This document shows positions 19,338 through 28,988 of a stretch of DNA of 64,000 nt, piece after piece. Position 1 is the first letter of the stretch; every line of letters begins with the position of its first letter. The translations under genes were made by a program, and so were the position numbers. The stretch is from assembly GCA_965199175.1 (NCBI GenBank), contig OZ240684.1, forward strand, positions 1,579,288-1,643,287, in the 5' to 3' direction. Origin of the DNA: Alphaproteobacteria bacterium. GTDB lineage: Bacteria; Pseudomonadota; Alphaproteobacteria; G963923945. The notes beneath the pieces are model-generated. The model ran no database searches, was not told the DNA's origin, and saw only the letters and a list, made by a program, of their open reading frames with translations.

Positions 19338-20108
19338 CTATTTCCGGTCAGTAGCCAGGCTGCGGAAGGTCAAACGTTCCTCAGACAACCAGCCTTCCCC
19401 GGATTGAGAGGGTGTCAGAGCATCAAGCTGGTAAATCGTCCCGGGAACCTCTGGCGACAACAAAAAGCTGTATTCTTTTTCCCGATATCGAGGGAAACGA
19501 TCCGCCAACCTATCATTGGCAAAGGGTCGGATGCGGATTTCTTTCCCCTCAACCTCACGACCCTGAAAATCGAACCGGATTGGTGTGGTATCAGCAGCAG
19601 CCAAAGCATGACGAATACGGTTGCGGAAATAAAGCGCATTTCCGCCGGTATAACGTTCCATTTCACGGGCATCACGTTCGAGAAACAGCATAAAAACCGG
19701 ATTACCCTCCATATTAACCTGCGGAGGGAAACGCACCTTGTTACGGCCCTTCAGGAACCGGAACGTCATATCCTTGCGTCCGGAAGAACGTAATTTGACA
19801 ATATTCACCACAACACGTCCCTCAATATCGTCTTCCAGGCGGCTGCGTTTCTCAAAATCATAATAAATCTGTGCTGTTTGGTCGATTTTCTCAAGGTGAT
19901 TTTCGGTGTATAATGCCTTATTAGCGGGCGATAATTCATCAACGATCCCTGAGATATGTTCTTGTGATCCGAAAAGCAGCGTGTCGCTTTCCTGCGCCCC
20001 AGCACTACCCATCCCGGCCAAAGACGCCAACCATGCCAGGGCCACCACCAATACCAGGGTTATTCCCCACTCTCTCATGATCAATTCCTTCATGATATCA
20101 TTCCTCAC
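19338..20108 (-). CDS. Hypothetical secreted protein (256 aa)
   Basis: Signal peptide ITLVLVVALAWLASLAGMGSAGA; no recognisable motif. TAG stop. Confidence 0.4.
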   Translation of the reverse strand: MRNDIMKELIMREWGITLVLVVALAWLASLAGMGSAGAQESDTLLFGSQEHISGIVDELSPANKALYTENHLEKIDQTAQIYYDFEKRSRLEDDIEGRVVVNIVKLRSSGRKDMTFRFLKGRNKVRFPPQVNMEGNPVFMLFLERDAREMERYTGGNALYFRNRIRHALAAADTTPIRFDFQGREVEGKEIRIRPFANDRLADRFPRYREKEYSFLLSPEVPGTIYQLDALTPSQSGEGWLSEERLTFRSLATDRK

Positions 20109-20525
20109 TGTATCTATTCACTGTATAATATACTCACTATATGTATTCGCTGTATATATTTGCTGTATATATTCATAATGACAGAACCATGGTCGTATCA
20201 TAACGATATCATGACACGGCATCATAATAGTATGGCCGTATCATGACGGACTTTATCCCTGAAATGAGGATTTTCAGGCAGGCAATGCTGCATATCTGAA
20301 TATTTTATGAGAAAATTTCAAGGGGTTGGTGATTTTTACAATGATTTGGTATGATCATCGGATCAATCAGGCCGTCATACTCTCTCATGATGGCATTGAA
20401 ACCCGTCTTGTTTTTTGTCTTTTTCCTGAATGACCGTTTTTCTCCAATGACAGAAAATGGCTGTCGCATCATTGATGAACCGGGAATGTCACCATTAAAA
20501 CCCATCATGACTAAGGATTAAAGAT

Positions 20526-21050
20526 ATGGGGAACGCCTCAAAGGATATGGACAGAGCTGATTTAGACAATGCGGCGATCAGGAGGGCTGAATCCTCACCG
20601 GCCTGGTGGGATACCCATGCCGGGAATGTACCGACCTATCGCATATTTGTCCGTGATCTGGTCCTGCCTGCCCTTATCGGGATTTACCCTCATGAACGGG
20701 AACATCGCCAGCGTGTACGTATTTGTGCTGAGATTGAGGCCCTGGATATCGGAGAAAAAGCCGATGATACTATTGATAATGTCCTCTCTTATGAGGATGT
20801 GGTCTGTGGGGTTAAAAATATTCTGGACGCCGGTCACATCGGCCTGGTTGAAACATTGGCTGAACGCATCGCCGCCTTATGTCTGGCCGATGAACGCTGC
20901 TGTACTGTGCGCATTCAGGTGGAAAAACTGGATGCCTTTGCCGAGGCCGGAAGTGTAGGCGTGGAAATTGAGCGTACAAAGACTGGTCCGTATCCAGCCG
21001 CAGATCACCCAATTCCCGCCCCCAGACAGTCGGCTTCCGGGAAATTTTAG
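20526..21050 (+). CDS. Dihydroneopterin aldolase family protein (FolB-like)
   Basis: YRIFVRDLVLPALIGIYPHEREHRQRVRI core of the DHNA fold. TAG stop. The next gene lies in the same frame, 14 codons downstream. Confidence 0.55.
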   Translation: MGNASKDMDRADLDNAAIRRAESSPAWWDTHAGNVPTYRIFVRDLVLPALIGIYPHEREHRQRVRICAEIEALDIGEKADDTIDNVLSYEDVVCGVKNILDAGHIGLVETLAERIAALCLADERCCTVRIQVEKLDAFAEAGSVGVEIERTKTGPYPAADHPIPAPRQSASGKF

Positions 21051-21092
21051 AGCAAAAATTTCAAAAAAACAGCCATCCCCTCGCCGCTCTTT

Positions 21093-21776
21093 TTGCGTTC
21101 CCATCTCCCGGATCCACCCGCCTGCTTTATCATCACTGGATTTATGTGGATTATCAAAATCGGCGGAAGCCTTGCCACAAGCAACAATCTTGGCCGATGG
21201 CTATCACAGATCAAAGGCTGGCAACAAATCGGTCTGGTTGTTGTTCCCGGCGGCGGACCGTTTGCCGATTGCGTGCGGGCAATGCAGAGTCGATGCGGAT
21301 ACGACAACGCCACCGGCCATGCGATGGCCGTGCTGGCAATGGAGCAATATGCCACCCTCCTGGCGGCACGCTGCACCGCCTTTGTTCCTTGCTCCCGGCC
21401 CGGGGACATCAATCAGGCCCTAAAACGCGGAAAAATTGCCCTCTGGCGACCCAGCCATCTGGTCAGCCAGGCACAGGATATCCCGAAAACATGGGATCAT
21501 ACCTCCGACTCCCTGGCGGCATGGCTGGCCCGGTATCTCAAGGCAGAAGGTGTTTTACTGATAAAATCCCGCGACCCGGAGGGTGAGAGTCCCCCTCTTC
21601 TGAAAACTTTACAAAAAAGCGGTTTGATTGATCCGGCTTTGGGAGGCTATCTGCAAGGGACCACCATATCTCTGCATTGTGCGGGTCCCGATACCCTTAA
21701 TCGTCTGGAGGGTGGTCTGAAAGACTGGCACCCTCAGGCCCCTGGCCTACCGGTTATGCTTTGTTCCCGGATATGA
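21093..21776 (+). CDS. Amino acid kinase-family protein (aspartate/glutamate/uridylate kinase fold)
   Basis: MWIIKIGGSL N-terminal kinase motif (ATG at 21144; the track uses an upstream TTG). FolB-like plus kinase-like pairs occur in methylotroph pterin (H4MPT) loci, but no other H4MPT genes are in this window. Confidence 0.5.
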   Translation: MRSHLPDPPACFIITGFMWIIKIGGSLATSNNLGRWLSQIKGWQQIGLVVVPGGGPFADCVRAMQSRCGYDNATGHAMAVLAMEQYATLLAARCTAFVPCSRPGDINQALKRGKIALWRPSHLVSQAQDIPKTWDHTSDSLAAWLARYLKAEGVLLIKSRDPEGESPPLLKTLQKSGLIDPALGGYLQGTTISLHCAGPDTLNRLEGGLKDWHPQAPGLPVMLCSRI

Positions 21777-21863
21777 AGAAAACAGGTGAATATTTTTTTG
21801 AATATTTCTGCGCATTCTATGCACATCTCTCCGGTCCCCATGCTTCACTCTATCCGGTCCTCC

Positions 21864-22502
21864 CTAAGACAGAGCCAGGCTTGCTAAATCCTGCCTGAGC
21901 AAATTGATCGAGTCGCCGGTCCGGGCACTGAGTGCCAGCGGTTCAGGCAAAGCAGCCGGATGCCGGATGATTGCTGTGCTCATGGTATCCCGGGCAGCCA
22001 GAATATCCGGTGGCTTGAGAGTATCGGCTTTGGTGAAAATGATCCGGTAGGGTTGAGCCACCCGGTTTAAGAGAGCCATCATGTCCTGATCGGATGGTTT
22101 GAGACCCCGCCGGATATCAATCAATAAACAAACCCGGCGGAGAGTGGCCCGCTGGCATAGATAGAGCCGGGTCAGTTCCTGCCATGACCGGGTATTACGT
22201 TTTGACGCCGACGCATACCCATATCCGGGTAAATCAACCAAAAACAGCCGGTCGGCCAGAGAAAAAAAATTGATCTGACGGGTCCGGCCCGGGGTCCGTG
22301 ACGTCCTGGTCAAAGCACGACGTCCGGTCAGTGCATTGATCAGACTCGATTTACCGACATTCGACCGCCCGACAAAGGCAACCTCCGGCAGATCAGGAGA
22401 CGGCATGGCGTCAAAATCAACAACCCCGGCCACAAAGCGACACGGCCCGGCAAATAAAAGACGCCCCGATTCACTGTGATCCGTTGGCAAACCCTGAGGC
22501 AC
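21864..22502 (-). CDS. engB: Ribosome biogenesis GTP-binding protein EngB (YihA/YsxC)
   Basis: GRSNVGKSSLINAL P-loop, DLPGYGYA switch, NKAD-like TKAD. TAG stop. Confidence 0.85.
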   Translation of the reverse strand: MPQGLPTDHSESGRLLFAGPCRFVAGVVDFDAMPSPDLPEVAFVGRSNVGKSSLINALTGRRALTRTSRTPGRTRQINFFSLADRLFLVDLPGYGYASASKRNTRSWQELTRLYLCQRATLRRVCLLIDIRRGLKPSDQDMMALLNRVAQPYRIIFTKADTLKPPDILAARDTMSTAIIRHPAALPEPLALSARTGDSINLLRQDLASLALS

Positions 22503-22562
22503 AGTCTTTCTTTATCTCTCAAGTTTTGGTATCCGCTTTATTCGGATGTTATTTTAACAAAC

Positions 22563-22612
22563 GTTATTTATTTGAGCGCAATTTATTTGAGCGCAATTTA
22601 TTTGAGCACGCT
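22563..22612. repeat. Tandem direct repeat gcgcaatttatttga x3
   Basis: Seen in the yidC-engB spacer. Confidence 0.7.
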
Positions 22613-22635
22613 CATCTCAATGAGCGTCTGTCAGA

Positions 22636-24390
22636 CTAAGTTTGCGGCTTCGCATCGGCCCGCTCCATTTTCAACATCAAATAGCGCTGCTGAAGAATCG
22701 ATAACAGGTTATTCCATGTCCAGTAAATCACCAAACCAGCCGGAAACCCGGCCAAAAGAATCGTGAAGACAAAGGGCAACATCATAAAAATTTTAGCCTG
22801 AAGCGGGTCTGGCGGCGGCGGGTTGAGTTTTTGCTGAATAAACATGGTCAACCCCATCAATAAAGGCCAGACACCAATGGTGAGGAAAAGCGGGACCTCC
22901 CAGGGCAACAGCCCAAAAAGATTAAACAAGCTGGTCGGATCAGGAGCCGATAAATCCTCAATCCAGCCGAAAAACGGCGCATGCCGCATCTCAATGGAAA
23001 CAAAAAGAACCTTATAAAGCGCGAAAAAAATCGGAATCTGAATCAAAATCGGCAAACACCCTGCGGCCGGATTGACCTTGTGACGTTTATAAAGGGCAAT
23101 CATTTCCTGATTGAGTGCCATCCGGTCCTCTGCGTAACGCTCACGCAATCGCATCATCTCAGGAGAAAGCTTCTTCATCGCATTCATAGAGCGAAAAGAT
23201 TTATCCGCCAACGGATAGAGAATCAGCCGGATCACAACCGTCAAAGCCAAAATAGCCAGACCGAAATTGCCCAGAAAATCATTGAAAAAAGCAATCAGAT
23301 AAAACAGTGGTTTGGTCAGAAAATAGAGATATCCGAAATCCACCGCCAGATCGAACCGGTCAATTCCCAGGCTATCGGCATAATCACTCAGAGTACGGAC
23401 TTCCTTAGCACCGGCAAATAAATAATGGGTGGCTTCGATCCTCTGACCGGGCTGCACTGTGTCGGGAGAGCCTAAATAATTGACCTGATAGGTATCCCGG
23501 CCATCGCGTTTTCCATAAGCAAAACCCGCCTGTACTGTCTCACTTTGATCAGGTGCAATCGCAGCCAGCCAATAATGACCCGTCATCCCCAACCAGCCCC
23601 CGGTGGTTTCCTGCCGGACCTTCTTTACCTCAGCCAGATCATCGTAATCATACTCCTCTAAAACCCCTTTCATGACACCCAAAGGACCTTCGTGAAGAAT
23701 AAAAAAACCAAGCGTTGACGGGGTGCCGATTCGTTGCAGCAAAGCATATGGATGCAGAGTCACCGCCGTTGAACCACGGTTTTCCACAGAATCCGTCAAG
23801 GTAAACATAAAACGGTGATCAACCGCCATATGTCGGCGAAAGATCAATCCCTGGCCGTTATCCCAGGTCAGTGTGACCGGTGTATCCGGGGTGAGACGTT
23901 GCCCATCAGCCGTCCACCGGGTATCGGCATCCGGCGTGGCAATATCCGGATCAGCCGCCGACCAGCCATGACGGGCAAAATAAGGATCAGGGGATTGGCG
24001 GGGTGCCAGTAAAGTGATTTCCGGGCTATCCGGGGCCAGAGAGACCCGGTAATCAGCCAGAGTGATATCATCAATACGCCCGCCATTGAGAGAAAAAGAA
24101 CCATGTAAGTGCGGCGTATCAATCGGAATACGCAGATCCTCTTGTGCATCACGCTCAGGCTGCGGACTGATCACAGCATCCGGCAGGCTGGGCACAGGTG
24201 GCCCCAGAGGATCTCCCCTGGTCACATCACGTCCACCCGGCAAGTCGGTGCCGACAGCCGGGTGCCCCTCCTCAGAAGACTGAATGGCTTGCTGCTCACG
24301 CAAGCGGGGCTGATTGTAAAAAATCTCAAATCCCACCAAAATAAGCATGGAGAGAACAACGGCGAGAATGAGATTGCCCTGAGTATTCAT
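22636..24390 (-). CDS. yidC: Membrane protein insertase YidC
   Basis: 584 aa with N-terminal transmembrane segment, periplasmic domain and C-terminal 5-TM core (PWEVPLFLTIGVWPLLMGLTMFIQQKLNP). TAG stop. Confidence 0.9.
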   Translation of the reverse strand: MNTQGNLILAVVLSMLILVGFEIFYNQPRLREQQAIQSSEEGHPAVGTDLPGGRDVTRGDPLGPPVPSLPDAVISPQPERDAQEDLRIPIDTPHLHGSFSLNGGRIDDITLADYRVSLAPDSPEITLLAPRQSPDPYFARHGWSAADPDIATPDADTRWTADGQRLTPDTPVTLTWDNGQGLIFRRHMAVDHRFMFTLTDSVENRGSTAVTLHPYALLQRIGTPSTLGFFILHEGPLGVMKGVLEEYDYDDLAEVKKVRQETTGGWLGMTGHYWLAAIAPDQSETVQAGFAYGKRDGRDTYQVNYLGSPDTVQPGQRIEATHYLFAGAKEVRTLSDYADSLGIDRFDLAVDFGYLYFLTKPLFYLIAFFNDFLGNFGLAILALTVVIRLILYPLADKSFRSMNAMKKLSPEMMRLRERYAEDRMALNQEMIALYKRHKVNPAAGCLPILIQIPIFFALYKVLFVSIEMRHAPFFGWIEDLSAPDPTSLFNLFGLLPWEVPLFLTIGVWPLLMGLTMFIQQKLNPPPPDPLQAKIFMMLPFVFTILLAGFPAGLVIYWTWNNLLSILQQRYLMLKMERADAKPQT

Positions 24391-24503
24391 GATTGAGTAT
24401 TCATGATAATGACGAAAAGCTGTGTTGGAAGGAAAAGCTGTGTTGGAAGAGTGTATGGAAATAAAAAATAATCACACAAGCCAAATGGCCGGACCAGGTT
24501 TTC

Positions 24504-24758
24504 TTACCGCCGCCGGGATCGACACCCGGGATCATTGGGTGGTGGTGGATCATATTCCCATCCTCCAGCCCAGGGATGACACCGGATCAGACGTCGAAAA
24601 ACATACCAAAGCCCGCGCAACGCACCATGATCACGGATCACATACAGAGCATATTCAGAGCAGCTGGGACAATAACGACAGGTCGGCGGTTTTAAGGGCG
24701 AGAGAATCAACCGATACAGGGAAATAAGAACCAGGCATGATCGTGTCATGAGAGTCAT
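24504..24758 (-). CDS. yidD: Membrane protein insertion efficiency factor YidD
   Basis: CRYCPSCSEYALYVIRDHGALRG...CHPW is the YidD signature. Overlaps the 3' end of rnpA. Confidence 0.7.
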   Translation of the reverse strand: MTLMTRSCLVLISLYRLILSPLKPPTCRYCPSCSEYALYVIRDHGALRGLWYVFRRLIRCHPWAGGWEYDPPPPNDPGCRSRRR

Positions 24759-25177
24759 CCTCCAGCCCTGCCTTCATCTGACCGGCCACCGGGCCGGGTG
24801 AGCCGTTTCAGGCCACGGGCCAGATCACGCCGCAAGTCCTCATAGGGACAACGTAGCGTCACCCTTCGGGCAATCAGCACATAGTCATAACCGCTCCGGG
24901 CGTTATCAGGCATCACCTCTGCAACCACAGCCCGCAACCGCCGCCGCGCCCGGTTGCGGGCCACCGCACCACCAACGGCACGGCTGGCGGTAAACCCGAC
25001 CCGAATCAAAGCAGAATCCAGAACCCGGTCAGAGTGGGCAGAGCCAGCCCGTGAGGACCGACCCGGAAGGGAGGGGACGGCTTGTACAATCAAACCAGGA
25101 AAAACCGCTTTGCGTCCCTGCTGAGCAGCCCGGAGAAATTCAGCCCGGCGTCTCAGCCGTCCGATGATACGGACCAC
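24755..25177 (-). CDS. rnpA: Ribonuclease P protein component RnpA
   Basis: GTG start; RLRRRAEFLRAAQQGRK basic N-terminus; position between rpmH and yidD. Confidence 0.8.
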   Translation of the reverse strand: MVRIIGRLRRRAEFLRAAQQGRKAVFPGLIVQAVPSLPGRSSRAGSAHSDRVLDSALIRVGFTASRAVGGAVARNRARRRLRAVVAEVMPDNARSGYDYVLIARRVTLRCPYEDLRRDLARGLKRLTRPGGRSDEGRAGG

Positions 25178-25183
25178 CGGAGA

Positions 25184-25318
25184 TCACGCAGTCAAACGCT
25201 TACGGCCCCGGGCACGGCGCCGGGAAAGAACTTTACGACCACCGACACTCGCCATGCGGGAACGAAAACCGTGACGGCGTTTGCGGACCAGATTACTGGG
25301 CTGGAATGGGCGCTTCAC
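25184..25318 (-). CDS. rpmH: 50S ribosomal protein L34
   Basis: 44 aa, (M)[46 protein letters not shown] start preceded by GAGG. Absent from the ORF track because it is shorter than 60 aa. Confidence 0.85.
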   Translation of the reverse strand: MKRPFQPSNLVRKRRHGFRSRMASVGGRKVLSRRRARGRKRLTA

Positions 25319-25684
25319 TGCCAAAAACCTCTTATCAGGAATGGTTGATCAATCAATGGTTTGTCTCATTATAAATATATAAACCAACAATATAAATCAA
25401 TAATATAAATCAACAAATTAAACACAAAATATCATGTAAAAACTGAATATAAACACCTATGAGCATAAACCCCATACCTGCATAGATGCACAGGTCATAC
25501 AGATACACAGGCTGCGGGTCATAATATACAGATTGCCGGTTATATACGGTCTCTGCGAACATACGTCAACTTGGTCCGTCAACCGGGTCTGCTATAAATG
25601 ACAATAACCGAAAATGACAATGACTGGCCGACTATGGCACATAACCCAACCCGGTTAAGATACGACCTGTTGAAACACCAACAG

Positions 25685-25745
25685 AGCGGCACAGTTTTTA
25701 TCAATGCTCGCCGTTTTATCAATGCTTGCCGTTTTATCAATGCCC
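25685..25745. repeat. Tandem direct repeat ccgttttatcaatgc x3, overlapping the MTase stop codon
   Basis: tttttatcaatgctcgccgttttatcaatgcttgccgttttatcaatgccctcc. Confidence 0.7.
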
Positions 25746-26609
25746 TCCGCGAGGAAGAGAAGGATCATAGACAGGTTTATTCATGGGCCTTGTGCGCAGC
25801 CGTCCAGCTCTCAGATCATGGATACGCTCCCAGGCAATATCCACATATTCCCCGACAACATCACATCCAAGACCACGGCGTCCGTGCATAGCAGCAGCAA
25901 CGATTGCAGATCCAACCCCCATATAAGGATCAAAAACGCTATCACCCCGGTTTGTCAGCGACAAAACAAGACGCTCAACCAATTCAACCGGGAATTGACA
26001 CGGATGGATTGTTTTTTCGGCATGATTGTTCTTTACATTGGGAAATATCCAGACATCGCCTGGGTTCTTGCCAAGAGGATTGGCCGAAAGCTGTCCGGCT
26101 TTTGGTCCCTTATAATACCGCTTATTCGGGTATTTTGACGGGACACGGATGGGATCCAGATTAAAGATATAGTCATCTTCCTTAGTGAACCAGAGCACTG
26201 TTTCATAACGACCAGAAAGACGCTTTTTACAGTGGAGACCATGTTCAAAATGCCACATAATCCGGTTTCGCAGCTTCAGGCCATGGTCTTTGAAAACATG
26301 ATACAGAACCATATCCAGAGGGAATATTTCGCCATGATGAACATGGTTGCCGACCTGCCAGCATAAAGAACCTCGCGGTGAGAGAAGGCGGACACATTCG
26401 GATATCACCTGGGCCTGATTTTTCACATATTGATCAAGCGATGATCGTGTTTCGTATTGCTTGCCGATATTATAGGGCGGCGATGTCACAATCAGGGTCA
26501 CCGATTCATCCTGCAGCCCGCGCATAAAGCGCAAATTATCTTGCTTTTTCATGTCAACGCCGGTGTCGCCTGGCAGCACCACAACGTTTGATCTCATCTT
26601 TTGCTCCAT
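25737..26609 (-). CDS. Site-specific DNA methyltransferase (N4-cytosine/N6-adenine, beta class, SPPY motif); apparently orphan
   Basis: TSPPYNIGKQY catalytic motif near the N-terminus and C-terminal FDPYMGVGSAIVAAAMHGRRGLGCD AdoMet motif (beta-class order). No restriction endonuclease candidate adjacent. Confidence 0.75.
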   Translation of the reverse strand: MEQKMRSNVVVLPGDTGVDMKKQDNLRFMRGLQDESVTLIVTSPPYNIGKQYETRSSLDQYVKNQAQVISECVRLLSPRGSLCWQVGNHVHHGEIFPLDMVLYHVFKDHGLKLRNRIMWHFEHGLHCKKRLSGRYETVLWFTKEDDYIFNLDPIRVPSKYPNKRYYKGPKAGQLSANPLGKNPGDVWIFPNVKNNHAEKTIHPCQFPVELVERLVLSLTNRGDSVFDPYMGVGSAIVAAAMHGRRGLGCDVVGEYVDIAWERIHDLRAGRLRTRPMNKPVYDPSLPRGGH

Positions 26610-26767
26610 ACTATTTTTTCAGCAAAAATTTTTTAGCAAAAACCAAATTTTCATAAAATATTATTTACGGAAAATCCTTTATATCTTTTTTTGCTCTTTT
26701 TTTTGATTTTTTAATCAATTCTTCAATCATTCTGTTTACCCTCATCCCAGGCATAGGAAAGCCCCTA

Positions 26768-26797
26768 CCAGCTCTCTCCCATACGGGAGAGAGCTGG
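26768..26797. promoter_or_regulatory. Perfect 13-bp palindrome/hairpin, CCAGCTCTCTCCC atac GGGAGAGAGCTGG
   Basis: Seen in the MTase upstream / OmpW-like downstream spacer. Not followed by a T-run on either strand. Confidence 0.4.
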
Positions 26798-26928
26798 CTT
26801 GATGACGTTTCAGTATTTATAACGTTTCAGTATCCGTGACATTTCAGTAGACGTTTTTAGTAAACGTCTCAGCTTAGTAAACGTCTCAACCGGAGCGGTG
26901 AGACAAGGCTAAGAGTTGCCGCTATTCT

Positions 26929-27579
26929 TCAAAAATTATACAGCAGACCAATCCTGCCACCCAGAGTGTCAGCACCACCTTTTATGTTACTATTCCCAAA
27001 ATACGTCTTGTCGGCATAATCGGCATATTCACCCTGGATAAAGGAGGTGACATTGCCCATGACCGGAAAACCCATACCAATGGCGATTTTAAACCCCAGA
27101 TGAGTCGCATTGTCTGAAATCGAGAAACCAGGAGCGGATGCTTTGATTTCGCCCCGGGCGATCGATGGCCCGACGGCCAGATACGGCGCCACAGGCCCTG
27201 CATTCATCCCAATACGTCCCAGAAAATCCATTGACCAGTCCACATTGACTTGCCCACGCATGTTGACAAGCTCTCCAGCTTGTTGGGGTATCTGAAGTCT
27301 TTGTGAAACTTTCATATAATCTTTCTGCCAGCCGATATGAATGCCGGCAAAAACTCTCTGGGTAATCGGGGCCGTATAGCGCATGGCAACACCGACCAAA
27401 GCTGAAGAATCATTGAATTCCTGACCAGTCGATCTGGATTCGACATCCCAGCTGCTGTATCCACCCGTGACACCGATGGAAAATCCATCGGTTGATTGAA
27501 GCGGTGTTTCTGCCCGTGCCGACTATGTACCCAAAACCAGAATGACCCCGAAAAACGTGGCCTTCAAACCATTGTTCAT
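26929..27579 (-). pseudogene. OmpW/OmpA-like outer-membrane beta-barrel gene interrupted by an in-frame TAG in the signal peptide
   Basis: ATG at 27577-27579 gives MNNGLKATFFGVILVLGT, then TAG (27523-27525), then in the same frame SARAETPLQSTDGFSIGVTGGYSSWD...GGRIGLLYNF with a C-terminal Phe. The A-R-A/E signal peptidase site is intact. The track reports only the downstream TTG-initiated fragment 26929-27399. Confidence 0.55.
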
Positions 27580-27667
27580 AAAATTATTCATAAAACCGTG
27601 CTGCATCGCTCGCGTCCTTTTGATTGATCAATACGAAGGACAGCACCGGCATTGGTGCCGGGCTGTT

Positions 27668-27795
27668 GCAATCAATCACGCGCGTGAAGACCCCATCTAT
27701 TGGCTGGACTAAGTGGGGGATTCCCAATGATCCGGTCCAGGAGCTGGACTATTCGGTGGGCAACCCGACCAAACGGGATGCTCGCGATTGATTGC
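27668..27795. other. 128-bp element bounded by 13-bp inverted termini (gcaatcaatcacgcgcg ... cgcgattgattgc) with internal direct repeat gctggacta
   Basis: Lies upstream of the OmpW-like gene. MITE-like or a highly structured RNA leader; no flanking target-site duplication seen. Confidence 0.35.
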
Positions 27796-28074
27796 GGGTT
27801 AAAATTAACCCGACCGGAGGGAGTTCGCGCACAAACCAACTGATTCTTTGTGGATAAAAAAATTGTCCTTACAAAATGACTGTCTGATTTTCGTATCCTC
27901 AGCTTCACGGAGTATAAAGATTTGACGAAGTATGAAGACGTCTCAGAATGCGAAGAGATGATAAAGAGATGATCACGTAAAAGCGTTTGGATGTGATCAT
28001 CGGAATATGCTTATTCGATCATTCAGAAAAGAGCATGATAGGTGGTTACGTACCGGCTTGATGACGGCTTGAAA

Positions 28075-28127
28075 AATCAAACAGAACCGAGAGATCAAAC
28101 AGAACCGGGGAATCAAACAGAACCGAA
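28075..28127. repeat. Tandem direct repeat atcaaacagaaccg x3
   Basis: Immediately upstream of the DedA start. Confidence 0.7.
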
Positions 28128-28137
28128 AGAGAAAAAG

Positions 28138-28893
28138 ATGGCAGAAAAAGAAAAAAAGAGCCTGATAATCAAGATGCTGCCCCTGGCGGTTCTGGCCCTT
28201 GGCCTGGTGGCTTTCATTGCCGCTGACGGGAGTTCTTATTTCAATTTCCAGACACTCAGCGATAACCGGGCCGCCTTAACCGGTTATGTTCAGCATCATG
28301 CCTGGACAGCAGCGGGTATTTTCACCCTTCTTTACGCTGTTTCGGTGGCTTTTTCGTTCCCCGGTGCAACCATCCTCACCCTGACCGGGGGCTTTTTATT
28401 CGGGGTCGTTATCGGATCAATTCTCACCGTTTCCGGGGCAACAGTGGGGGCTATTCTGCTTTTTCTTGCCGCCAGAATGAGCATCGGTGAGACGTTACGT
28501 CGCCGGGCTGGGCCCTTCCTGAAAAAAATTGAAAAAGGGTTTCACCGCAACGCCGCCAGCTATATGCTCACATTGCGTCTGGTTCCGGTTTTTCCGTTTT
28601 GGCTGGTTAATCTGGCTCCGGCTCTCTTTGGTGTCCGCTTGTCAACATTTTCCTGGACAACCCTGGTTGGAATCATCCCCGGAACAGTCGTCTTTGTCAG
28701 TGTCGGCAATGGATTGGGAGCAATTTTTGATCATGGGGAAACCCCTGATCTGGGTATTATTTTTGAACCCAGCATTCTTCTGCCTCTGATCGGGCTTTCT
28801 GTGCTTTCTCTGATCCCGGTTGTTTATGACCGCCTGAAGTCATCTGATCGTTCGCACCCCCCGGCCACGGATGAAACCCGGTCACAACCCTGA
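28138..28893 (+). CDS. DedA/TVP38-TMEM64 family membrane protein
   Basis: Multi-TM protein with the DedA core GFLFGVVIGSILTVSGATVGAILLFLAARM. The track ORF starts 32 codons earlier inside the repeat array. Confidence 0.7.
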   Translation: MAEKEKKSLIIKMLPLAVLALGLVAFIAADGSSYFNFQTLSDNRAALTGYVQHHAWTAAGIFTLLYAVSVAFSFPGATILTLTGGFLFGVVIGSILTVSGATVGAILLFLAARMSIGETLRRRAGPFLKKIEKGFHRNAASYMLTLRLVPVFPFWLVNLAPALFGVRLSTFSWTTLVGIIPGTVVFVSVGNGLGAIFDHGETPDLGIIFEPSILLPLIGLSVLSLIPVVYDRLKSSDRSHPPATDETRSQP

Positions 28894-28988
28894 TTGAGAT
28901 GTCATCACAAACGGCATCATAACGGTTTACGTGTCTTGATTGATCTTCTGCAGTTTCAATCCCCTCATCGATAAAAAGGAGGAATGAT

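Noticed and set aside
25598-26138. Plus-strand ORFs (97 and 144 aa) downstream of rpmH
   Set aside because: Overlap the methyltransferase C-terminus in antisense. Partly a translation of the ttttatcaatgc tandem repeat (INARRFINACRFINA).
27479-27483. Possible homopolymer frameshift in the OmpW-like gene
   Set aside because: On re-reading, the run is A4 (not A5), and the ORF-track start position confirms the N-terminal and C-terminal parts are in the same frame. The only lesion is the TAG.
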